Assembly (NCBI GenBank): GCA_964658305.1 | Contig: OZ210885.1 | Coordinates: 6,634,001-6,698,000, forward strand | Origin: Leptogorgia sarmentosa | Lineage: Eukaryota | DNA: 64,000 nt | Direction: 5' to 3' | In this document: positions 40,968-51,272 of the stretch, one piece after another | How positions within the stretch are numbered: position 1 is the first letter of the stretch | Layout: every line of letters begins with the position of its first letter | Position numbers and translations under genes: made by a program | Notes under the pieces: generated by a model | What the model was told of the DNA's origin: nothing | Seen by the model: only the letters and a program-made list of their open reading frames with translations | Databases searched by the model: none

Positions 40968-42843
40968 CTAAGGATTGAAGGTTTTACAACCATTGAGGCT
41001 GGATATAAAATCTTAAAATTAACCTTAAAAATCCCTAAACGTCACCCCAAAATACCCTTTCCCTAATCCTAAATATCCCTAATTTTATCCGTAAATATCC
41101 CTGGAATTGCCTATAGCCATTTGTTAATGATAAGGCTCTAGCTAGATAGGACTTTAATAACCAGCCTTCTTTTGTGTGCTCAGAGTTTAAGGTTTTTGAA
41201 GGGCAACCTCTCTGTAATTTTGGACATATACTGTAGTAGCACACATTAGATAACTAATGATCATTTATATATAATTATTATGGACACACCCTTAAACCAA
41301 GTTTAATAACAAGAGTTAATAAGAATAAAATATTTAACATGAACAAAAATAGCTTATTATATAGTTATACGTTCATATGAACAATATAGCTGCACATGCA
41401 AGTTGATAATTTTAGGATTTTGACTTATTAGTTTTGTTCTTTTCCCTAGTAACTTTAGCTTTCTCTACTCCTCGTTTCCTGTTTTCAGTGACTTGATGCA
41501 GGTGGCTTAACCAAATTTTAACCTCATCTGGAGGAAGAAGGCATTTCTTAGATAACTTATCCAAAGCAACTCTATCTATATTCAATACTGCTTCAGTATT
41601 ATCCTGACATTTTATGTAAGTTGATATAATATCACTGGGTGGTGGCGAACGAATTGCTTTCCCTTCAGAATATAGCTCCAGCAACTGGTCAAGGTTTGTG
41701 ACGTAATGGCCATAGCAGGTTGGAGCACAGGCTTTGCACTGGGTTCCTTTCCACGGCCTACATGGATCAGGAACAGGATAGGGAAAGAAACTAAATGATG
41801 GGCCAGCTGGAAACCATTTCACATCAATTGGAAGATCTCTGATTCCTGCAGAAAAACAGTACATTTCGACAAAACATCAAATCTGCTCCCTAATGAATTT
41901 GAGCATGGTATAAAACTCAAAAACACACTTAAATGTAAACAAACCTGGTTCCATGCACCTAGGACATATATAAGGCACATCTTGGTCTTCAAGTTTGTTA
42001 GATTCCTCTTCTGTCATTGCAATACAATCCCCGTGGAACCAATTTCCACATTGGTCACATGAAATCATGAACCTGTTTCAATTTAATTTAATACAATTTG
42101 TAATCAGATACACATATGAATGACAGTTTTTTCAAAGTTTCTTGGATATTTAAAAGGCTCAACAAACACATATGACTTTACCTTCCCTTCTCTTCTGGCT
42201 TTTCGCATATACAGTAACATCTTTTCGAGTTTCCTTTTTCAGCAATGTTTGGTAGTGATTCTGATGAAGGAGCTTCAACTATAAAAAATCAGATTAATCT
42301 TGTATCACAAAAGCATCTGTTCATTGCTATAAAACAAGATAGTTTGGAATTATGTAAGTAGAATGAGTTTTAAATAATAAAGGAAGGATGTCTTGAAAAA
42401 AGGTTGTGTAGGCCTACCTTTTTGACACAACGGATGTTTGCACCAACTCTTACCACAGCATTTCAACATGAACACGTAATTTTGCGGGAGACTTTCATCT
42501 ATATGGTTGTTTCTAACATTCCAGATCTCAGTAAAGTAATTAAACAGTGTAGGATTATCCTTCTTTAGTTGGTCTTTCGCTTTCTTACTCCCTTTTAAGA
42601 ACGTTAGCAGCTCTTTCCTTCTATTAACATGTATTTGATCCACAGGTCCTTTGGTAAGGTGAATTTGTGTCCTCATGCAAGGAGTTCCATTAACTCTGCT
42701 GATGTATCTGGCAATCGCGGCACTCATGTTTTCTTTGTGTTTTGCTTCATTCAGTCCACCATCAGCAGCATCGTTGGAGCCTAGTAATGTTGATGGTATG
42801 AACAAATTAGAATGGCCTCTACCTAGACATCCGTTTTGGAGTT

Positions 42844-45800
42844 TGTAGAGAAATTATATGAACGATTGCCAGTAATTTAAGGCTTTATTACACTGAATCA
42901 TGCAATACAAAAATACAAAACAAAATGGCGGTTGTTGATTTCCGAATATATATATAACCGCTGACCCCTGCACAGGGTACCCAATGTAACAAACTAAAAT
43001 ATAATACAAATTTATCGTAACATTCTCCCCGTCCTTTAAAAGTTAAGTCTATCTATCAGGTGGCACACCCGCTCTGAACGTTCAAACTTAACAAAGTAAA
43101 GTTCTCACCGTCCTTTAAAGGTTAAACCTGTCTACTGTTCATACTTAACAGAGTAAAGTTCTCTCCGTCCTTTAAAGGTTAAGCCTGTCTACTGGGCGGC
43201 GCACCCGCTCTGAACGTCGCAATGGTTGTGGTACATCACTTGCCACAGGCGGTTGAGGTTCTGTCTCAGTGGTAGTAGGTGGTGGGATCTCAGGTAAGGG
43301 TAAGGCTGTTTCCTTAGATGCTTGGGGAGATCCTTCGTGTCCCTTAGGGGCAAGGTGCTTCGTTGCAACTGTGGTCTCTCTGCCGTCAAGGTAGCGTACA
43401 TGGGCGTAGTGGGGATTCGCTTGTAGTAGTTCTACTTCCTCTACTAAGGGCTCAGTCTTGGATTGACGAACATGTCGCTTGAGTAGAACCGGACCGGGTG
43501 TAGCAAGCCATGTGGGAATGGAGTGGCCAGATGAAGATCTTCGGGAGAAACCAAATAAACGCTCGTGAGGGGTCTCATTGGTTGCAGTGCACAATAAGGA
43601 GCGAATAGAATGCAATACATCTGGAAGAACTTCCTGCCAATACTTGATTGGCAAATTCTTGGACTTTAGAGACATTGTGATGCCCTTCCAGACTACACCG
43701 TTGTACTTCTCAACCTGTCCATTACCTTGAGGGTTGTAACTGGTGGTACGGCTTGTGGCCACTCCTTTCTCTGCCAGAAAACTTTGGAGCTCGCTGCTCA
43801 TAAATGATGCTCCCCGATCAGAGTGTACATACGCTGGCATTCCAAAAAGGGAGAAAAGCGAAGTTAGGCACTTGATAACAGTAGATGTCGAGACGTCTGG
43901 GCAAGGAAATACAAAAGGGAATCTTGAATACTCGTCTATAACATTGAGAAAATAGCGGTTGCCATTACAGCTAGGTAGAGGCCCCTTGAAGTCAACGTTG
44001 ATTCTCTCAAAAGGCTGCGTGGCTTTGATAAGTGGAACCCTCTCCGGCTTGTAGTATTGAGGCTTACATTCGCAACACACGGAACATCTACTTATAACAC
44101 GTTTGATGTCATCTAAAGAATAAGGAAGGTTCTTGGTTCGTACAAAATGGTGAAGCCTGGTGATACCGGGGTGACACAGCGACACATGTAGCTTGTACAA
44201 GGAATCTTCATCCGTTGCAGCAGAACAAGTGGCTCTTGACAGAGTATCAGGAGGAATATTTTCTTTGCCTGGACGGTAGATGATGTCGAAGCTGTAACAG
44301 GACAGTTCTAGCCGCCACCTCATAATCTTGTCGTTCTTTATCTTTCCTTTGTGACGTTGGTCAAACATGTAGGCCACAGACTTTTGGTCGGTCTTTAGCG
44401 TAAAATACCTTCCAGTTAGGAAATGTCTCCAATGTCTCACAGCTTCTATTATGGCTTGGGCCTCTTTCTCTACAGATGCGTGCTTGAGCTCACTGCCTTG
44501 GAGAGTTCGTGAAAAGAAGGCTACTGGTTTTCCATTTTGATTAAGAGTGGCTGCCAGTGCTACCTCCGAAGCATCTGTCTCGACCTCAAATGGGACACTT
44601 TCATTGATGGCACCCACGAGGGCCTCTTCTACCATTTTCTTTAGGTTTTGGAATGCTTGAATAGCCTCCTGTGAGAGAGGAAACGACTTGCAGCTTGTGA
44701 TAGGTTTGATGCGGTCCGAGTATTCAGGAATCCACTGTGAATAATAGGAAAACAATCCCATGCATCTGTTGAGTGACTTGGAATCGTGCGGGATGGGAAG
44801 GTCACGTAGGGGACGTAGCCGCTCGGGATCGGGGCAGATGTTACCTTCCTCGATGACATATCCAAGTAAGGGTAGGCGACGGGTAGAGAAGACACTCTTT
44901 TCATCATTGTAGCAAATGTTCTTAAGTTTTGCAGCTTCTAGGAACTCCTTCAGGTTTTCGTCGTGGTCTTTCTGATCTTTCCCGCAGATGGTGATGTTGT
45001 CTAGATAAGGAAAAACTGCCTTGAGATGATTCTCTTCTACAAACTTGACCATTTCCCTTTGGAAACAAGCGACGCCGTTAGTGACACCAAAAGGTAGACG
45101 TGTAAACTGGTAGAGGTTACCACGGGCCTCGAAGGCTGTGTAGGGCTTGTCTTCGTCCTTTAAAGGTACTTGATGGTAGGCACTCCGAAGGTCGATCGTG
45201 CTAAAGACCCTGTATTGGGCAATCTTGTTAACCATTTCACTTATATTTGGCAATGGAAAGGCGTCAAGGATGGTAAAGCGGTTTATAGTCTGAGAGTAGT
45301 CAATCGCCAACCTCTTCTTGTGATTATCGTCCTTGGTGACGACGACTTGAGCTCGCCAGGGTGAGTGGCTTGGTTCGATGATACCTTCTGCAAGGAGCCT
45401 TGTCACCTCCTTGTCAATGAATTCAGAATCGTCCTGGCTGTATCTTCTGGACTTGGTGGCGATTGGATGACACTCTGGCATCAGGTTTGCGAATGGTTGG
45501 GGTGGGTCGATGTTAAGGGTACTGAAGCTGCATACTGACAGTGGAGGTTCAGAGCCTCCATACTTGAACACTACACTTTCATGTCGTGTCTGGAAATCAA
45601 GACCAAGTATCAAATCAGCACAAAGTCCCGGTAGTACAGACAAATGTAGGTTTTCATAACGTCGCTCTTGGTATGAAAGATCAACAGTGCAGGTCCCACT
45701 TATTTTAGCTGATGATAGGGAGGTCGCCATGGATACCGTGCTAGAAGAAGGGTGAACTATTAACGCTGCCTTCTCTACGAGACTTGGGTGAATGAAACTT

Positions 45801-46905
45801 TCAGTACTTCCGGTGTCGATAAGAGCTTTTACTTTTAATCCATTGATGTCCACAGATGCCAATGATTTTGAGAGTGAGGTAGGGCTTGGCACGGTTGCGA
45901 GAGTTGGTGACCAAGCCGCAGCTGACACTTTATCTTTAGGTTGCACTGGCTTTCCACGACACACTTTTGCGAAATGACCTTTCTTTTGGCACTTTAGACA
46001 AATAGCTTCACGAGCAGGACACTTTGAACGAGGATGTTTGCTGTTTCCACAAAAGAAACAACTGGGGCCTTCAGATGCTACTGCAGCTAGGGTACCGACA
46101 GAATCAGGCAATTCTGTAGGGCTAGGAGAGCAAGCTTGGGAACTAGGAGGGACTGCTGCATTAATAGGCTGTGGAGGTAATGTGTACGACTCCGAACTAC
46201 GCATGGCGGATTCCAAGGCCCTGGCCTGATCAAACATTGTCTTGAGATCAAGGGTTTTGTGCTCCAACAGTCTCTGTCGTATCAAGTTCGACTGTAGACC
46301 TGCAATAAATGCATCCCTTATACTCTCTTCACAATACTGGTTGGCTGTGACATTCTTGAAATTGCAATCCTTGCTAAGGGTCTTAAGGGCTTGCAGGTAT
46401 TCATCGAGTGTTTCAGTGGGTTGTTGTCTTCGAGTGGCGAGGACATGACGAGCAAAGATTTCATTTCTGGGCTTTACAAAAAGTGCTTGCAGTGTTTGAA
46501 TGGCTTCATCATATTCCCGGCAGTCCTCAATGTACTGGAAGATTGAAGGTGAGACGAAGTTAGCGAGAACAGAGAGCTTATTAAGGTCTTCTTGTGGCAA
46601 TACTGATAGGAAGTTAGCGAAAGTCCGTTCCCAGTGTAACCATTCTTTTGCGGCTGAATTGTCGTTTGGATCAATATCTAGTCGTTCAGGTCGAAGAACT
46701 CTATCCATTGATTCAGTGTCATAAATTGTAGAGAAATTATATGAACGATTGCCAGTAATTTAAGGCTTTATTACACTGAATCATGCAATACAAAAATACA
46801 AAACAAAATGGCGGTTGTTGATTTCCGAATATATATATAACCGCTGACCCCTGCACAGGGTACCCAATGTAACAAACTAAAATATAATACAAATTTATCG
46901 TAACA
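42844..46905 (-). mobile_element. Intact Gypsy (Ty3) LTR retrotransposon, 4062 bp
   Basis: Two identical 179-bp LTRs (42844-43022, 46727-46905), TG...CA ends, 5-bp TSD GAGTT, PPT adjacent to 43023, and one uninterrupted ORF. Confidence 0.97.
43172..46708 (-). CDS. Gypsy Gag-Pol polyprotein, 1178 aa
   Basis: Two CCHC knuckles (CFFCGNSKHPRSKC, CLKCQKKGHFAKVC), protease LIDTGS, RT YLDN, RNase H TDAS/EKEA, integrase HPG..C..C, VDFKGP, HSDRG and GQVEKYN, in the order PR-RT-RH-IN. Confidence 0.96.
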   Translation of the reverse strand: MDRVLRPERLDIDPNDNSAAKEWLHWERTFANFLSVLPQEDLNKLSVLANFVSPSIFQYIEDCREYDEAIQTLQALFVKPRNEIFARHVLATRRQQPTETLDEYLQALKTLSKDCNFKNVTANQYCEESIRDAFIAGLQSNLIRQRLLEHKTLDLKTMFDQARALESAMRSSESYTLPPQPINAAVPPSSQACSPSPTELPDSVGTLAAVASEGPSCFFCGNSKHPRSKCPAREAICLKCQKKGHFAKVCRGKPVQPKDKVSAAAWSPTLATVPSPTSLSKSLASVDINGLKVKALIDTGSTESFIHPSLVEKAALIVHPSSSTVSMATSLSSAKISGTCTVDLSYQERRYENLHLSVLPGLCADLILGLDFQTRHESVVFKYGGSEPPLSVCSFSTLNIDPPQPFANLMPECHPIATKSRRYSQDDSEFIDKEVTRLLAEGIIEPSHSPWRAQVVVTKDDNHKKRLAIDYSQTINRFTILDAFPLPNISEMVNKIAQYRVFSTIDLRSAYHQVPLKDEDKPYTAFEARGNLYQFTRLPFGVTNGVACFQREMVKFVEENHLKAVFPYLDNITICGKDQKDHDENLKEFLEAAKLKNICYNDEKSVFSTRRLPLLGYVIEEGNICPDPERLRPLRDLPIPHDSKSLNRCMGLFSYYSQWIPEYSDRIKPITSCKSFPLSQEAIQAFQNLKKMVEEALVGAINESVPFEVETDASEVALAATLNQNGKPVAFFSRTLQGSELKHASVEKEAQAIIEAVRHWRHFLTGRYFTLKTDQKSVAYMFDQRHKGKIKNDKIMRWRLELSCYSFDIIYRPGKENIPPDTLSRATCSAATDEDSLYKLHVSLCHPGITRLHHFVRTKNLPYSLDDIKRVISRCSVCCECKPQYYKPERVPLIKATQPFERINVDFKGPLPSCNGNRYFLNVIDEYSRFPFVFPCPDVSTSTVIKCLTSLFSLFGMPAYVHSDRGASFMSSELQSFLAEKGVATSRTTSYNPQGNGQVEKYNGVVWKGITMSLKSKNLPIKYWQEVLPDVLHSIRSLLCTATNETPHERLFGFSRRSSSGHSIPTWLATPGPVLLKRHVRQSKTEPLVEEVELLQANPHYAHVRYLDGRETTVATKHLAPKGHEGSPQASKETALPLPEIPPPTTTETEPQPPVASDVPQPLRRSERVRRPVDRLNL

Positions 46906-49900
46906 GAGTTCAACCCTGTTGAGGAAGCTATCTCCACTGCACCGGGTGGTAACTAACATGACTTTGGTTGGTTTGGTCATGTGACGCTCAGTCCACATAA
47001 ACTGAACTTCGTGGTGCGACGGGCCTTCATCACTTGCTCCATCTACCTGAATGCATTCCACATCTTTGGGCTCTAGGGTATTCTCTTTGTAAAAGGCCGA
47101 TTTAAGTACATCTACTCCTTCAAGTGCCGCGATATCATCAGCGTGTTGAGAAGGGCTTTTTTCATGAAGTTTCGAAGCTTTGACTACTCCAGCACATAAC
47201 TCGTCAGTTGTTTCTGTTTTTGTAAAGTTATAAGAAGTTGTTTGAAGCTGGGTTGGATGCTTGTTAACGAAATCTGTCCGAGTTGTATTAGTGGGTTCCA
47301 AAGAAAGCACAGGATAGTTCTTATGTGTAAATGTTGAGTCAAGGCGGAATCCGGCCTGGTCATCACGGTTTAATAGTACAATACTCTTTCCATCTCTTAG
47401 GAGTTGTTTAAACAACTTGTACATCGAACGACTCCATTTGCAGTCGGGATTGTACTTCAATGTGAATCCCTTTCGTGCTCTCTGATATTTTACATTGGCT
47501 ACACTTTTATACCTCTTGCTGGATAATCTTCCCTTGTGTCTTGGTACACAAAGCTGGACCACGGTACCATAACTGAATTTTCTCCCATAATGCAACTCTA
47601 GCTCTTGTTTTATCTTGCCAAATGTCATCCTTTTGCTTTCCTTCGGATTACCTGAAAAGGTGTACACGCCCGTTCTTCGCCAGCGATCTGCGCCAACATC
47701 ACTTTCTTCCACTATTGTCTCGATTACTTGACCTATGTCAGGAAACTGGTTTAAAATAGTCTTACTCGACCATGTAATTTTTTTCCTCAAAAGTCTGTTA
47801 AGTTGAATTTCCTTGGTCATTTTCTTTCGAAACCTGTCTCTAATCTTATTCAGTTTACTTTTGACAATGTATCTCGTTTTTTCAGATGCTATACTATCAT
47901 TGGCACTTTCATCCTCATCACTGGAACTTTCACCATCGCTGCTTTCAGTACAGTCAGGAACGTTTATGGAATTTTCCTCCATTTCTTGTATTTTATCCAA
48001 GTATACATTCCTTGAAGCTTGTGTTAACTTAACTTCTTCCTCACTAAGACTAAGCGCGTTCAATTTTGAAGAAAAATTGTCCAAGAACTGATTAAGCATT
48101 TCTGATGAGCAACCTGATTCCCTAAAAATTTCTTCCATCAGTGAAACAAAAACAAACCAGTTGAAGTTTGCTTGTCGTAATTTCTCTAACGCAATCAATG
48201 AATGTGCCTCAACATGTGCCTTGTTTGAAGGGAGGGTTTGTTGATCAGCTTCAACTTCATTTTTCCTGCAGAGATGTTTCACTGTCGGAACTTTCACTAT
48301 CCAATGAAATCTCTGAATCATCGGATGATTCTGATTCAGAACTAGAAGCTGATGATAAGCATTCACTAGGGTCAAGTCCACACGAATTCAAGAGTGTTTG
48401 TTGCTCTATTCTCATTGCTTTTTTATGTTTTTGTTTTATCTCTGCAACTATTGAAGCGGCATCCTTCACTGCTTCTGCACGATTCTTTAAGTTAGCAATC
48501 CCATAAACTCTACTTGCTGCTCTTTTTGACATGTTGTAGGCATTACAAATAGTATGTTTCAGTATTTGCTGCTGCGATGTACTTTCACTTAAGCTAATTA
48601 GTTCTTCGTAATCTTTTCTCGGTAGGTAGTCTTTTTCTTTTTGGGATGAATTATCTTCAAGATAAATGTTAATTTTCGTCTTCATGTCTTCGTAGGTATT
48701 ACACACATGGTCTTTCTCCACTATAAACAATTTGCCATTTACTGAAATTGCTGCCACCGGCATTTGCAATACTTTGCGTTGTGCTTTGCCACTATCGTAT
48801 TTTCCATTAAAATATTTGTTCCACAGGTAAGGCAGAGCCACAAATTTATTCTCAAGGACACATCTACTAGCACCAACAACACTACTACATTTTGAGCAGG
48901 CTTTATGCTTTCTTGAGCACTGTTCCCTCTTAGCAATATTGTATTTTTCGAGTGTTAGATTATCCATAAGGCTTTCTCTCACACCATTATTTACAGTTGT
49001 TGTAGCTAGAACCCGCGATTCTTGCTTTGCAAGTATGCATAATAAACTATTCAATTCTTGTTCAGAGTATGTTGATGACCCTCCCATAACACCAGGCACA
49101 CGGGAAGGTCTTAGCAAAAAGTTGCTTCACTTTGACATTCATTAACTGATATATTTGTCTCACCTTGGAAAACATCAGGTTTGTTGGATTTCTGACCCAC
49201 AGTACCGCTTTTACCAATGCATTCTCCTTCTTCCATGCTAACTGCACTGCTCTCATCTTTTTCTGTCACAGAGCCATCTATTTTCTTTTCGTTTTGGATA
49301 CTTCTTTCGTCTTTATCTACTTTGGGTTGGTCCTCTTTAATGCAATCTTTATTCATCTTGGGGCTCTCTTCTTCATTGATTATGATTATTTCTTCGTCAT
49401 GTCGTCTCTCGTTCTCTTCTGCACACCCACTAGCTTTGGTCTTGCCATCCATGTTTTCTTCTTCGAGGGAAGTAATAATCTTCTTGCCAACATCACTCAC
49501 GTCATTCAATATCAAGGTGCCATCACTCTGGTTTCCTGTGTGATCTTCTGTAACAGGAGTTTTCTCCTTTACTATGAACATTGTTCGGATATCATTTATG
49601 CAGGACTTTTTTGGTTGGCAATTTATTTCGGTTTCATCTTGGCGTTTTTTCTTGTTAGACTTGTATTTAAGATGTTTGGCTTCCTTTTTTTGGAGCTCTG
49701 TTAGTCGATTCTCATATCTTTTTCTTTCTGCCATTAAACCACGGTACTCTTTCTGCAGTAATGTACACTTTTCAAAATCCTTAACTCTCAACGCATGAGA
49801 AATTTCATTCTGCTTTTCCACCACTCCTGATGACAAAGATTTAATCTTCGATGAGCACGTTTCAATTTCTCTCTGTCGTTGTTCTGAAGTCAGTTTAGCT

Positions 49901-51272
49901 CTTTTTGTGGTTGTTTCACCTTCATTATACTTCGATCTACTTCCAGCAGCTTTTTTGAAAACATACGTTTTTCTGGCTTCTTCTTCAGCATCACATTTAA
50001 GCTTTGCTCTGTCATACATCTTGTCGGGGTCTTCAACACACAGGTTTAGAGCAGCTTCATTAACAGCCTTTTGCCAATCAGATAACTTGGACTGCTTATT
50101 AAAACGTCCATATATTTTAGACATTTCTCCTGTGGTTTCTAGACTCAGCTTACCACTTGTTGTTTCTTTACTTTCTTCACAGTCCACTTCTATGCAAGAG
50201 GGCATATTTTGATCATGACCCATAACTGATGTAGCACCGACAGACACTGTATGTCTTCCCTCATTTAGCAGAAGCTTAAAATGGTGCTGGAATTTCAACA
50301 GCACTCCTTGTTTACTTATCATACTTTTTATTGACTCACTAGTCAATAACACAAAGGCATCACCATCAATTTCATTTCCTATGCAAAAAGTGTATTTATT
50401 TGCATTTATTGGCAGCAGTCATTTATTATTAATGCTGGAGGGAATATATTGGGAGGAGCCACCAAACAGTTTGAAGCTGCTATGGTGTTGTGTGGTAGGG
50501 GGGAGGGGCTTGTGTCAATAAAATTTCAAGGGGAAAAAGGGGCTACAAATTCTATAATAATTAGATCAATCAACAACAGTACTTTTTCTATTTGAGAAAA
50601 ATTCTACTGTTATATTATAAAAATGGCACAATAATTGACAGTATATAGATTGAGGTTTCTGTTTTCAATCCCTAAAATATTTCAACAATCCTATGTGCAA
50701 ACATGTGCACTCTATAAACGTATTCATAAGAAGAATGCACAGAAGAAATACTTTTCATCATCATTTGTTGCTATTTCTACATCAATTCCCATAGGTATAC
50801 TATATAGACAATGTGTGTGTTTGTGTATTTTAATAATTTAAATGAGCCATTCCGTTCGCATCTTTAAAAATAAATGTTTCACATATGATGTAAAATACTT
50901 ACTTTCAAACACATCCACTAAGGTCTCTAGGCCTTTGCTCTTCAACCAAGATGACACAAACTCCACGTTTTTGCCTTCAAACTCTTTTAAATTAACCATT
51001 TTATAAACCACATACCAATTATACACGCTTATTATTTAAATGCGCTAAAGGTCAAGAAGGTGACGACGGCGAAAGCCGCGAAACGGGCTTGTTGATCATC
51101 TAGGTAATTTTATCCCAAATTACCCCAAATTATCCCTACAAATCTCTAGCGAAATATCCCTAGACTTTCTCTAAAATTGTATTATTGTCTTATCATTTTA
51201 AATATACCACTTTCTTTTCCGTTCATACATCAAATACAGTTCAACTGTCCCCGGGGTGGGGGATTTGCTACA

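Larger units (their letters stand above)
41412..50999 (-). pseudogene. SAM + DDE transposase + PHD-finger protein, ~1,550 aa reconstructed (5 exons; two compensating frameshifts; Gypsy insertion)
   Basis: Exons 50999-50903, 50378-42418 (minus Gypsy), 42278-42182, 42072-41945 and 41845-41412 total 4650 nt. SAM: WLKSKGL..LVDVFERNEIDGDAFVLLT...KQGVLLKF. DDE-like: NRDDQAG, VDGASDEGP, SFLNRVELQNG. PHD: YCICEKP...MISCDQCGNWFHGDC...YICPRC. Confidence 0.78.

Noticed and set aside
46771..46905. C-terminal tail of ORF 46771-48381 (CYDKFVLYF...)
   Set aside because: It is read-through into the Gypsy LTR. The real frame resumes at 42838.
49165..49798. Hydrophobic plus-strand ORFs suggesting membrane proteins
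   Set aside because: They are antisense shadows of the Lys/Glu-rich minus-strand coding region.
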